From positions 448,001 to 512,000 of the forward strand of contig OZ242041.1 in assembly GCA_965205215.1 (NCBI GenBank): 64,000 bases of DNA, in the 5' to 3' direction. Source of the DNA: Nitrosopumilus sp. Lineage in GTDB: Archaea > Thermoproteota > Nitrososphaeria > Nitrososphaerales > Nitrosopumilaceae. The notes under the pieces were generated by a model, which was given only the letters and a program-made list of their open reading frames with translations, was not told the origin of the DNA and made no database searches. Positions 1-9,320 of this stretch are shown here, one piece after another; within the stretch, counting starts at the first letter, position 1, and every line of letters begins with the position of its first letter. Made by a program: the position numbers and the translations under genes.

Positions 1-70
1 TCTGCTGTACGCAGTCGGTGTGGTCCGAGTCCGTCGCCGATATCCTGTTGCAGATGCGGCAGACCCTCAT
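1..70 (-). CDS. Small CxxC-containing hypothetical protein (5' part only; runs off the window)
   Basis: ATG at 70 reads MRVCRICNRISATDSDHTDCVQQ...; divergent from tRNA-Pro across an AT-rich TATA region (95-105). Confidence 0.6.
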   Translation of the reverse strand, partial: MRVCRICNRISATDSDHTDCVQQ

Positions 71-124
71 GTATGTGATCTGCAATACGACGGTTTAATA
101 ATTTCGTGTTTCGGCCTTTTGCAA

Positions 125-201
125 GGGATCGTCGTCTAGCTTGGTATGATACTAGTCTGGGGGGCTAGTGGTCGCAGGTTCAAATCCTGCCGGTCCCACC
201 A
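125..201 (+). tRNA. tRNA-Pro(GGG) with encoded CCA
   Basis: GGGATCG...CGGTCCC acceptor stem, anticodon arm CTAGT-CTGGGGG-GCTAG, GGTTCAAATCC T-arm, 3' ACCA; TTTAATAA upstream. Confidence 0.95.
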
Positions 202-319
202 CTTATCACGGCAGACGCGCGCCCGCGGTGCCGCACGGCCCGTCGGCCCATCGGAATTCCGGGCGGGCGGCGCGCGGCTGCCTGCTACATTTTATAGCCG
301 CGGCGCGCGCGGCAACAGC

Positions 320-982
320 ATGAGGGTGTTCGTGGCAGTGGAGATTACCGAACCCGGCATAACGGGCGCCATTGAGAACCTGCAGTCAGAGCTGCTGCGG
401 GCAGAACCCGGGGGCGCAAGGCCTGTCGGCGCCGGCCTGCTCCACATCACGCTTCAGTTCCTTGGGGAGATGCCGGAGGGTGCGGAGAGCCGGGTCATAG
501 GCGCGCTCGGCTCGATCAAGTTTGACGCCTTTGACGTCAGGATAGGCGGGGTGGGGGCGTTTCCAAACGCCAGATCGCCCAGGGTGGTATGGGTGGGGGC
601 GTCGCCGTCGCCGCCCATAACGGCGACCTCAGCGGCGCAGGGAGGCGGCCGGCCCGGTGGCACCGTCTCCGGCCGCGGCGACAACGACGGGCCGGCCCCC
701 GCCGCGGGTGCGGCGCCCAGCTGCCCGAAACTGCAGGATCTGGCGCAGAGGGTGTCAGGAGTGCTGGGCCCCCTGGGATACAAGCCTGACAAGCCGTTCA
801 GGCCGCACTGCACCATATTCAGGATTAAAAGGAGGGTAGACATTGCCAAAGAGTTGAGGGAGATGGCCGGCAGATCATTTGGGGTGCAGAGGGTGAAAAG
901 CTTCAAGCTAAAACGGAGCCTGCTGACCCCCCAGGGGCCGGTCTACAGCGACCTTGCGGTGGTGGAGGGTGCCGAGAATTGA
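320..982 (+). CDS. thpR: RNA 2',3'-cyclic phosphodiesterase (2H phosphoesterase)
   Basis: MRVFVAV start, two HxT motifs (LHITL, PHCTI), GVGAFP..RSPRVVWVG; ATG 320 chosen because the longer ORF overlaps the tRNA. Confidence 0.92.
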   Translation: MRVFVAVEITEPGITGAIENLQSELLRAEPGGARPVGAGLLHITLQFLGEMPEGAESRVIGALGSIKFDAFDVRIGGVGAFPNARSPRVVWVGASPSPPITATSAAQGGGRPGGTVSGRGDNDGPAPAAGAAPSCPKLQDLAQRVSGVLGPLGYKPDKPFRPHCTIFRIKRRVDIAKELREMAGRSFGVQRVKSFKLKRSLLTPQGPVYSDLAVVEGAEN

Positions 983-2397
983 GCGGGACGGCGGCCGTAA
1001 AAAAGGGGAGAGGGAGAAAGAAGGGAACCGACATCAGGAAGGCCATAGCAGACGCCCGCGACGCGGCCAGGCCCACCGACGCGCAGGCCTCCCGGGCCAA
1101 GAGGCTGGCCGACATGGTACTGGGCCTGGTCTCCGAGGAGGCCGCAAAGCATCCGGAGATACTGGACGTGGAGGTGGGGGGCTCCTACAGGAAGGGCACG
1201 TGGCTTGCCAAGCCCGAGATGGACGTCGACGTCTACCTCAGGTTTGACCGCGGCACGGAACAGGATCGGTTCAAGGACGTTGCAATCGACGTGGGGCGCG
1301 CAGCCCTCAGGGACTTTGCGCCATACCTCAAGTTCTCGGACCATCCCTACGTGGAGGCCAGGCTTCAGAGGGGCGTCCTGGCAAACGTGGTGCCTTGCTA
1401 TGACGTCGACGAGGGCCGGTGGCAGAGCGCGGCGGATCGCTCCAGATTCCACGTACAGTACATGACCAGAAAACTGACCAAGAAGATGAGGGACGACGTC
1501 AGGCTTCTCAAGTCCTTTCTAAAGGCAAACGGGCTGTACGGTGCCCAGGTTGCAACCAACGGGTTTAGCGGGTACGTCGCCGAGGTTCTGGTCTCGCATT
1601 ATGGCAGCTTTGAGGGGGTCGTAAGGGCGTTTGCACGTGACGTGGTCCCCGGCTACGTCATAGGCCGGACGGCAAGGGAGTTTACGGGAATCATATCGAT
1701 AATCGATCCCATTGACGGCAACAGGAACCTGGCGGCCGCGATATCCAGCGCGAACGTGGTGAGGTTCATACTCGCGTGCCGGGCATTTGTAAGGGCGCCC
1801 TCGGCTGACTTTTTTGACGGGCGCCGCGCCAAGAGGTCCGGAAGAAGGGTGGCCCGGAGATACTGGGACAACCTACTGGTGGTGAGGTTCGGGTTCAGGA
1901 AGAGGGCGCCCGACGTGATATGGGGGCAGACGAAAAAGTCCGCCGCAAAGCTTGCAAAAAAGCTGGCACAGGACGGCTTTACCGTGCACAGGCATGGCGC
2001 GCACGTCGAGACCGGGGAGGGGCGGGGATACCTCTTCGTGCTGCTGGGCGCAACTGAGATCCCGCCCGTGTATGTGCAGTACGGCCCCGAGTTCTCCATG
2101 TCAGAGAACTTGGACGCGTACATCGGAAAGAACCTCGGGGACTCGGAGATGATGTGGGTGGACGCCAAGGGAAGGCTGGCGGCGCTCAAAAAGTGGGACG
2201 ACACGAGGGCCGACGCGCACGCAAGGCGCCTCCTGAACCGGGAGAGCGCGGGGGGGAGCGGCGACGCGCTGCTGCCGCCGGGGCGGGAGGGCAGGCCAAA
2301 GGTATGGATTGGAAGCGCCGCGGATCTGGGCGCGGCGGCCAGGGGCGCGGCCGAGGAGCTGATTGCAACCGATGCGGCGATCGTACGTCTCAGTTGA
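979..2397 (+). CDS. cca: Archaeal (class I) CCA-adding tRNA nucleotidyltransferase
   Basis: GGSYRKGTWL..DVDVY NTase motif, HPYV, SAADRS.FH, GFSGYVAEVLV, DPIDGNRNLAAAIS. Confidence 0.95.
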   Translation: MSGTAAVKKGRGRKKGTDIRKAIADARDAARPTDAQASRAKRLADMVLGLVSEEAAKHPEILDVEVGGSYRKGTWLAKPEMDVDVYLRFDRGTEQDRFKDVAIDVGRAALRDFAPYLKFSDHPYVEARLQRGVLANVVPCYDVDEGRWQSAADRSRFHVQYMTRKLTKKMRDDVRLLKSFLKANGLYGAQVATNGFSGYVAEVLVSHYGSFEGVVRAFARDVVPGYVIGRTAREFTGIISIIDPIDGNRNLAAAISSANVVRFILACRAFVRAPSADFFDGRRAKRSGRRVARRYWDNLLVVRFGFRKRAPDVIWGQTKKSAAKLAKKLAQDGFTVHRHGAHVETGEGRGYLFVLLGATEIPPVYVQYGPEFSMSENLDAYIGKNLGDSEMMWVDAKGRLAALKKWDDTRADAHARRLLNRESAGGSGDALLPPGREGRPKVWIGSAADLGAAARGAAEELIATDAAIVRLS

Positions 2398-3145
2398 CAG
2401 CGTGTCCGGCGACCCGGACGCGCTGGCAGTCTTCGGGTATCCGCGCGCCACCCCGCGGCAGAAGAAGGCGCGGCTGCGGGAGCTCTCAAAACTTGGAATC
2501 GACTCTGTCTCGTTCTCGGGCCCCACGATCTTGGGCAGGACGCGCGTGCTCGGCAAGGGGTACGTCGGGGTAGTGGTTCTGGGCAGGGATTCGGGCGGCA
2601 GGCGCCTTGCCATAAAGGCGCGGCGGGCGGACTCGCCGAGGCCGCACATGGGGGGCGAGGCGTCCCTGCTTGGCGCGGCCAACGCGGCGGGGGTGGGGCC
2701 CAGGCTGGTCTCCTACAGCCGGAACTTCCTTGTCATGCAGTACGCCGGCGGCAGGAGAATAGGCGACTGGCTTGACGCGCTCCGGGGCGCCGGCACGTCA
2801 GCAAGATTCAGGCGCGCCGCAAGATCGATAATATCCGACTGCCACAAGCTTGACGAGGCCGGGATAGACCACGGCGAGCTCGTCCGCATCTCAAAGCACG
2901 TCATCATCTCAGAGCGGGGCGACAGGCCGGTCATAATAGACTTTGAGAGCGCCAGCACGGCGCGCAGGCCCTCGAACGTCACGTCCATAACCCAGGCCAT
3001 CTTCATCTCCCCGCCCCTGGCAGGAAAGGTCCGGAGAATCTGCAGGGTTCCGCCCAAGGACGAGGTGATAGCAAGCCTCAGGGAGTACAAGCACTCGCGG
3101 GACGGGCGCGCCCTTGCACGGCTGCTTGGAAGGCTGGGCCTGTAA
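2372..3145 (+). CDS. Archaeal Ser/Thr protein kinase-like protein (RIO/Bud32-like fold)
   Basis: LGKGYVGVV glycine loop, AIK, HGEL catalytic loop, IIDFESAS; conserved position after cca. Confidence 0.85.
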   Translation: MRRSYVSVDSVSGDPDALAVFGYPRATPRQKKARLRELSKLGIDSVSFSGPTILGRTRVLGKGYVGVVVLGRDSGGRRLAIKARRADSPRPHMGGEASLLGAANAAGVGPRLVSYSRNFLVMQYAGGRRIGDWLDALRGAGTSARFRRAARSIISDCHKLDEAGIDHGELVRISKHVIISERGDRPVIIDFESASTARRPSNVTSITQAIFISPPLAGKVRRICRVPPKDEVIASLREYKHSRDGRALARLLGRLGL

Positions 3146-3344
3146 GAAGTGGTGGCGCAGCACGCCTTGGCAGTGGAAACAGCAGCAACACCCATGCTCA
3201 GTACGTTCTAGGACGCGCCCCGACGGGGGCCAATGACGCAAAACAACGGAGGCGGCGGGACGCGCAAGCCGCCGGAAGGGGCACTGCTCCGGCGTGCTGC
3301 ACCAGTAGGTAACTTCATAATGCAAGCGCGGTGAACACCGGCCG

Positions 3345-3956
3345 TTGAACCGGGGGAAGAAGGTGCTCGTCGTGTGCCTGACCGGCATGCCGGGGGCAGG
3401 CAAGTCAACTATTGCGGACGGGCTGCGCGCCCTGTACGGGTACGACACGGTGAACATGGGGGATGCGGTCCGCGAGGAGGCCAAGAGGCGCAACCTTGAG
3501 CCCACCCGGTCGAACCTTGGCAGGATAATGCTGGAGCTACGCGAGAAGAACGGGCCTGGTGCCATAGCCGAGCTCGTGCGCCCACGGATCTCGCAGGCGG
3601 ATTCTGACGTGGTGCTGGTCGACGGGGTGCGCTCAAATGCCGAGATAAGATCGCTCTCAGAGATTGGCACGCTAAAGGTGCTGGCCGTCCATGCCTCTGC
3701 CGGCACGCGGTTTGGATTTCTGCAGGAGAGGGGGAGGCCCGACGATCCGCAGACGCGGGACCACTTTGAGGAGAGGGACACGCGCGAGATGGCGGTGGGG
3801 ATAAGCGACTCCATAGCGCTGTCCGACTACGCCATATCAAACGCGGGCCTGACAAAGGAACAGCTGGTCGGGGAGGCGTACCGTGTCGTAAGCATGTGGC
3901 TGCGCGAGAGCGGCAACGGCGGCAACGGCGACGTGACGCCCGCCGATGCGACGTGA
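3345..3956 (+). CDS. Dephospho-CoA kinase-like P-loop NTPase (UPF0200)
   Basis: LTGMPGAGKST Walker A, MGDAVREEA, VDGVRS, RGRPDDP. Confidence 0.85.
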   Translation: MNRGKKVLVVCLTGMPGAGKSTIADGLRALYGYDTVNMGDAVREEAKRRNLEPTRSNLGRIMLELREKNGPGAIAELVRPRISQADSDVVLVDGVRSNAEIRSLSEIGTLKVLAVHASAGTRFGFLQERGRPDDPQTRDHFEERDTREMAVGISDSIALSDYAISNAGLTKEQLVGEAYRVVSMWLRESGNGGNGDVTPADAT

Positions 3957-4043
3957 CGCCCGCCATTTTGAGCGCGGGATCGGCGCAAGTGATATTTGAC
4001 GGCGGTAGCAGCAGCAGTAGCAGTGGCGGAGGTGGTGTGAACA

Positions 4044-4463
4044 GTGTCCAAAACGTCATATGATGCGGTCATCCCTGCGGCCGTACCCAGGGCCAGGTTC
4101 AGGGCAGCTGCCCCCGTGTACCCGTCTGAGGATCCCGCAAAGGTGGAGGCGGCAGTCAACAACGTCTTTGACGGCGAGACGAGGCGGCAGCGATTCTCAG
4201 TCGTGTCCGACGCGTCGGCCGCATCCTCCCTTGAGCGCGTGCGCGAGGCGATCCGCACGGGGGCGGAATCCAGGAGCGCGTACAGGCGCAACTTGGCAGA
4301 CAACACCAACGGAGGCTCCGCCTGGTTCTACCTCAACAAGCAGGCCGCCTTTGCTGGCCGCGTGGCAATATGCCGCGAGTCCGACGAGTCCCCGCTCGGG
4401 CCGGTCAAGATAACCATCGAGTCCGCGAATCCCCAGGGGATAATCGACTGGCTTCTGGGGTGA
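4044..4463 (+). CDS. UPF0201/DUF54 RNA-binding-like protein
   Basis: PSEDPAKVEAAV and LNKQAAF.G motifs, SPLGPVKITI; usual partner of UPF0200; start uncertain. Confidence 0.8.
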   Translation: MSKTSYDAVIPAAVPRARFRAAAPVYPSEDPAKVEAAVNNVFDGETRRQRFSVVSDASAASSLERVREAIRTGAESRSAYRRNLADNTNGGSAWFYLNKQAAFAGRVAICRESDESPLGPVKITIESANPQGIIDWLLG

Positions 4464-4632
4464 CCTGCACCCCCGCGCGCAAGCCCTCCGCGCCACTTCT
4501 GCGAACTGTCACACCAGCACGGAGCCGCGCGCAGGACGCCGCACTGCAGGACCGTCAGGCCCATGCCCTGCCCGCGCTGGTAAAGAAAATTTATCCAATA
4601 TACCTGATCTTTTTTAGCTGGGCCGTAATATC

Positions 4633-4995
4633 GTGACGCGGCAACCACGCATCATGCTGATAAAGATTGGAATCGTAGCCGGGCTTGTGATTCTGGGAGG
4701 CATGATATTCTACAACGAGCTGGGCACGCTGTTTCCAAGCACGGTCTCCACCGTGCCCGAGTCCCTGGCAGAGGACGTTGAGAAGCTTGGCGGCGAGGCC
4801 ACCGGCTTTGTAGAGGAGAGGATCAACGAGTCGGCAATGCAGATTGAGAGCATGACAGACGAGGCCACAAGCGGCATAGTCGAGAACATCCAGGGCGCCC
4901 AGGAGCGCATCATCGGAGGGGCCTCATCCATAAACCCGATCGAGCCGCTGCAAGAGGTCTTGGCAGGCGTCGACGCGCCGGCCGGGGAGACGTAG
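4633..4995 (+). CDS. Hypothetical single-TM/secreted protein
   Basis: N-terminal hydrophobic helix followed by acidic amphipathic helices. Confidence 0.65.
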   Translation: MTRQPRIMLIKIGIVAGLVILGGMIFYNELGTLFPSTVSTVPESLAEDVEKLGGEATGFVEERINESAMQIESMTDEATSGIVENIQGAQERIIGGASSINPIEPLQEVLAGVDAPAGET

Positions 4996-5036
4996 CGGCG
5001 CCCGCGCCGCGGCTGTCCTGCCGCCCGCCGGGTTGG

Positions 5037-6233
5037 TCACTCCGACGGAGCCTTCCACCACTGCCACCTGCGCATCATGGTCCACTTTACCGCGAGCGCC
5101 GTTATGACCAGGTATATCATTATGCCGACGGGCTCTATCCAGTTGTCATTGTTGCCGTACCCGGCCGCGATTCCCAGCGCGGGCTCCACCACATAAAGGA
5201 ACAGCACGCCCGCCGCGAGGGGCGCCATCGCGACGAAGAATATCATCAGTGTCCACGTGTCCCTGACGGCCTTGGCAAGATCGCGGTACGTGCCGTGCGG
5301 CTTTTTCCACCTGCCGGGGCCGGTCCAGACCTGCATGCCGCTCACGTACCAGTATACCATGCCTTGGAATATCATGGCGCCTATGATGTTCCCCAGCGTG
5401 ACCGGGACCAGGTTGTTGAACCACGCCTCCCCCCACGTATAGTCCGCCCCGGCCCAGATTCCGGCCGAGAGCGCAAAGTGGTTGACGATGCTGTGCTCAA
5501 ACCCTATTGCAAAAAAGATCGAGACCGGTATCCCGATCAAAAGGAGCCGCCCCACGGTATCCTTTGCCCTGAACGCGCCCCACACGCCCATCGCAATCAG
5601 CCAGTTTGCAAATATCCCCCTGTAGAATAGCTGCTCCCATGTCAGATCGTGCACCTTTGTCGTTCCTATGTCCTGGAGCACCTCCATCATTGTAGAGCCT
5701 ATCGGACCGGCCTGCGCCGCCCCTATTACGATCATCCACGCGATCACAAACCCGCCTATCCAGTGTCCGGCGTGCGTTATGGTCCACTCCCAGAGCACCT
5801 CGCGCCAACGCGATCGCTGCGTCATCATGGCCAGGCCGCCGGTCATATAGTCCCCGGTCACAAGGTTTGATCCATAGAGTATCACCAGGCCCAGGGCCGA
5901 GAATCCGAACACCCCGAAGGCCAGAAACTTGCCCAGTCCCACCGACAGGTCCACTGACACGTACGCCATTATCATCCACGCCAGAAACGCCGCAAACGCA
6001 AGGTATACGACGGCCTGCCAGCCCATGAGCAGGCCCTGCGCTGGATTTATCTTCGTCTTGGCGACCCCGAGGCCGCTGAGGGTCCTGATCGTCTCCGGTA
6101 TGTTGAAGATGCCCACCATTATGCGGGGAGGCCCAAAACCGTCTTCCTCCGCATCGGAACCCGCAGGTTCCGCGGCCCCTTTGCCTTCCTCCTCCCCCTT
6201 CCCTTCTGCCGGCCCCGGGACATCGTCTGGCAT
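5037..6233 (-). CDS. Formate/nitrite transporter (FNT, FocA/NirC family) with a C-terminal membrane extension
   Basis: GSNLVTGD, GIFANWL, GFEHSIVN and VTLGNIIGA FNT signatures; multiple TM helices. Confidence 0.88.
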   Translation of the reverse strand: MPDDVPGPAEGKGEEEGKGAAEPAGSDAEEDGFGPPRIMVGIFNIPETIRTLSGLGVAKTKINPAQGLLMGWQAVVYLAFAAFLAWMIMAYVSVDLSVGLGKFLAFGVFGFSALGLVILYGSNLVTGDYMTGGLAMMTQRSRWREVLWEWTITHAGHWIGGFVIAWMIVIGAAQAGPIGSTMMEVLQDIGTTKVHDLTWEQLFYRGIFANWLIAMGVWGAFRAKDTVGRLLLIGIPVSIFFAIGFEHSIVNHFALSAGIWAGADYTWGEAWFNNLVPVTLGNIIGAMIFQGMVYWYVSGMQVWTGPGRWKKPHGTYRDLAKAVRDTWTLMIFFVAMAPLAAGVLFLYVVEPALGIAAGYGNNDNWIEPVGIMIYLVITALAVKWTMMRRWQWWKAPSE

Positions 6234-6489
6234 AGTCCGCGTGTCACTGCTGCGTTAATAAGGTGTTACAGTCTGGGACTGCACCCTCGGATCACCCTGC
6301 ATAGCGCGGCGGGCCGGCGCCGCCCCCCCTGCGCAGGTGGGTCGCAGTGACAGGATATAGTGTGCGGCGGCCCCGCCGGATGACACCTTTTGCCTGCGGC
6401 AGGCACGCGGGGGGCGACCTGCCTTCGGGGCCAGCCAGAACAACCCTGTTTCATAAATTTTAATATAACACGGGTTTTGCCCCCTAACA

Positions 6490-7197
6490 ATGGGCCGCAG
6501 CATTGGAACGTCGATTCCCGAGATGTTTCGCTCCGTTGATCTAGACGGCACCATAATTGACTGCAACCGCACGTATGCAGAGAGGCTGGGGTACCCCTTG
6601 GAGGAGGTAATCGGCAAGTCGTTTATTGACCACACGCCCGAGAAATACCGCGACGATCTGGTGGCCAACTTTGAGAGATGGAAGGAGACCCACGCGCACT
6701 CGGCCGGGCACATATTCCTCCTGACCAAGTCCGGCGAAGAGTTCGAGGTCATGCTGGCCGCGTCGAGCCTGTATGACGACCACAGGAACCTCATAGGCCG
6801 CAACTCCACGATGAGGGAGATCGCGCACCTCGAGGAGATGAGCAAGATGTACGACGTCTCTTCAAGGGAGGGGTACGAGCACCCGGAGATCCTGCACAGG
6901 TCGGTAAACTACAAAGGCATCATCATAGACTGCAACCAGACGTACGTTGACAGCCTGGGATACACAAAGGAGGAGGTGATAGGCGTCGACCTGCTGGAGC
7001 ACACAGCCCCGCGCTCCCGCGGTAACATAAGCGCCCACATGGAGAACTGGAGGAACGGGATACACGACACGGCAAAGATCTGGATGCTGCGGAAGGACAA
7101 GAGCGAGTTTCTCGTGTCCCTTACCGCCACGGATGAGCGTGACGAGGACGGCGCTCTGGTCGGCAGGACCGTCGCGCTCAGGCCCGTCAAGCAGTGA
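6490..7197 (+). CDS. Stand-alone tandem PAS-PAS domain protein
   Basis: Two repeats of G.IIDCN..Y...LGY..EEVIG....HT, each with a PAC-like segment (KSGEEFEV / RKDKSEFLV); no output domain. Confidence 0.88.
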   Translation: MGRSIGTSIPEMFRSVDLDGTIIDCNRTYAERLGYPLEEVIGKSFIDHTPEKYRDDLVANFERWKETHAHSAGHIFLLTKSGEEFEVMLAASSLYDDHRNLIGRNSTMREIAHLEEMSKMYDVSSREGYEHPEILHRSVNYKGIIIDCNQTYVDSLGYTKEEVIGVDLLEHTAPRSRGNISAHMENWRNGIHDTAKIWMLRKDKSEFLVSLTATDERDEDGALVGRTVALRPVKQ

Positions 7198-7277
7198 TGC
7201 GCCGCAGCCGCCGCCGCTAACAGCAGTAGCAGCAACAACAACGGTCGAGCCCGTGCAGTTTCTACAACGACGCGTCT

Positions 7278-8210
7278 TCACGCGACCCGTATCTCCATGC
7301 GGTCCGCCGCGGCGGTCACGCAGGGATGGATCCTCCGCGCCTCGGCCAGGTGCCCGGCGTCGTCCCTGTATCTGGCAGAAAAGTGCGTCAGGATCAGGTT
7401 CTTGGCGCCGGCAGACTTTGCCAGCGAGGCCGCCTGGGACGCCGTCGAGTGCCTGGTCTCCGCGGCCCTCTGCTGCTCCCCGTCAAGAAAGGTGGCGTCA
7501 AATATGAGATAGTCGCACCCCGCAAAGAACTCTTCGAGCTCCGCGCTTGGCATCGTGTCCCCGGATATGCCTATGACCTTTCCGGGGCGCTCCTCCCCCA
7601 GAACCTGCTCGGGCCTGAACGTCTTGCCGTCCACCACCACCTCGCGCCCTTCTTGGAGCCGCCCCCACAGGCGCCCCCTCGGTATGCCCAGCTTTGCGGC
7701 GTTCTCCTCGATGAATCTTCCGGGTTTGTTCTTCTCGCGGAGCACGTACGAGAACGCCGTTATCGTGTGGCTTGCCCTGCACGCCAGAATCTCATAATCG
7801 CCGCGCCGCCCGCCCCCGCCTCGTCCGTCGCCCCCGTATCCGACCACCGCGCCGGGACTGACCGTTCCGATGGTTATGGGAAAGGTCGGAGCAAAGCCGA
7901 GCATGCGGATGTTTGCGGTTACAAACTCCTCGATGCCGGCGGGCCCGAATATCTCAAGCGGCTCGGTCCTGCGCTGCATGGACATTGTCTGCAGGAGCCC
8001 CAGTATTCCTATGCAGTGGTCGCCGTGAAGGTGCGTGATGAATATCCTCATCCTCTTGTTCCATCCCAGCCCCGTCTTGGCGTACGCGGTCTGGGCGCAC
8101 TCGCCTGCGTCAAACATGATGATCTCGCCGTTCCTCTCTATGCAGGTGCATGAGAGGCCCCTTGACGCGGTGGGCTGTGCGGCAGACGTGCCCAGAAACA
8201 GGATTCTCAT
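7278..8210 (-). CDS. rnz: Ribonuclease Z
   Basis: [39 protein letters not shown] motifs. Confidence 0.96.
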   Translation of the reverse strand: MRILFLGTSAAQPTASRGLSCTCIERNGEIIMFDAGECAQTAYAKTGLGWNKRMRIFITHLHGDHCIGILGLLQTMSMQRRTEPLEIFGPAGIEEFVTANIRMLGFAPTFPITIGTVSPGAVVGYGGDGRGGGGRRGDYEILACRASHTITAFSYVLREKNKPGRFIEENAAKLGIPRGRLWGRLQEGREVVVDGKTFRPEQVLGEERPGKVIGISGDTMPSAELEEFFAGCDYLIFDATFLDGEQQRAAETRHSTASQAASLAKSAGAKNLILTHFSARYRDDAGHLAEARRIHPCVTAAADRMEIRVA

Positions 8211-8251
8211 ATGCTGGTACCTGGCACGCGTGATGCTTTATGCATACCCAT

Positions 8252-9166
8252 TTACCTCCGCCGCCTTCTCTTCAGGATCCTGACAATCTCGTCTGATACG
8301 TCGACTGACGCGACTCCCCTGCCGGCGGGTATGGTGTTGGCGCAGACTATCTTGCCGACTCCCGCCCTCCTTATCTTGGATTTGGCGCCGTCCGCGAGCA
8401 GGGCGTGCGTGCATGCGGCAAATATGCGCCCGCAGCCCTGCTTTTTTAGAAACTCCGCGGCCTTGACAACGCTTCCCCCGGTGCTTATCATGTCGTCGAT
8501 TATAATGGCGTCCCTGCCTGCCACGGCCCCCGCCTTCTCGGTCTTTATGCTCACGGCCCCCGTCCTCCTGTCCCTTGACTTTTCGAGCACCAGCAGGTCG
8601 CACCCCATCTCCGACGCGAACCGCTCGGCCCTCCTTGCGCCCCCCTTGTCGGGGGACACCGCAATGGGACTCTCCAGCCTGATGCCGTCAAAGTGCCGCG
8701 CCAGCGCGGGTATGGCAGACACGTTGGTCATGCCCCGCGTACCGAGCAGCGCAAGCCCCTTCTCACTGTGTATGTCTACCACCACGATCCTGGCGGCGCC
8801 GGCGCTTCTGAGCATTTTGCCGAGCACCTTTGCTGATATGATCTCGCCCGGAAGGAACTCGGCGTCCTGCCTTGCATATCCAACGTACGGGATCACCGCG
8901 GTTACATCCTTGGTGTCCTCGCTTATCCTTGATATGAGGCAGAGCGCCCTGAACAGGTTGGTGTCCACGGGCGGGTGGAGCGACTGCACTATGACCGCCC
9001 TCTCGTATCCGGCGGTCCTGCCCCCGAGCCTCATCTTGCTCTCCCCGTCGGCAAACACGCGCACCTCCGTGGTGATCAGCCTGGCGCCAATCTTTCCCGC
9101 TATGCTCCTGGCAAGGCCGTCCGAGGAGCCACCCGATAACACGCACGTCCCCTTTCTCTGCGCCAT
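8252..9166 (-). CDS. prs: Ribose-phosphate pyrophosphokinase
   Basis: FADGE, PYVGYARQD, VDIHS, SPDKGG, IIDDMISTGGS. Confidence 0.95.
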   Translation of the reverse strand: MAQRKGTCVLSGGSSDGLARSIAGKIGARLITTEVRVFADGESKMRLGGRTAGYERAVIVQSLHPPVDTNLFRALCLISRISEDTKDVTAVIPYVGYARQDAEFLPGEIISAKVLGKMLRSAGAARIVVVDIHSEKGLALLGTRGMTNVSAIPALARHFDGIRLESPIAVSPDKGGARRAERFASEMGCDLLVLEKSRDRRTGAVSIKTEKAGAVAGRDAIIIDDMISTGGSVVKAAEFLKKQGCGRIFAACTHALLADGAKSKIRRAGVGKIVCANTIPAGRGVASVDVSDEIVRILKRRRRR

Positions 9167-9320
9167 GTCGGCCGTATCCTGCACTGCATCTTAAATCTTG
9201 AGAGGGGCGTACGCGCGCGGCCTGCCGGGTGGCGCAGCCTTTCCTACCTTGCATGAAGCCTGTTGGCGCCGCAGCCGCAGCCGCAGCCGCCGCACCGCGG
9301 CATCGGGAGCGGGCGTAAAC

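Noticed and set aside
146-319. Extended N-terminus of the ThpR ORF
   Set aside because: It overlaps tRNA-Pro; the family start MRVFVAV is at ATG 320.
2372-3145. HGEL instead of HGDL as a sign of a dead kinase
   Set aside because: To my knowledge this variant is typical of the conserved archaeal kinase-like family found next to cca, so it is not unusual.
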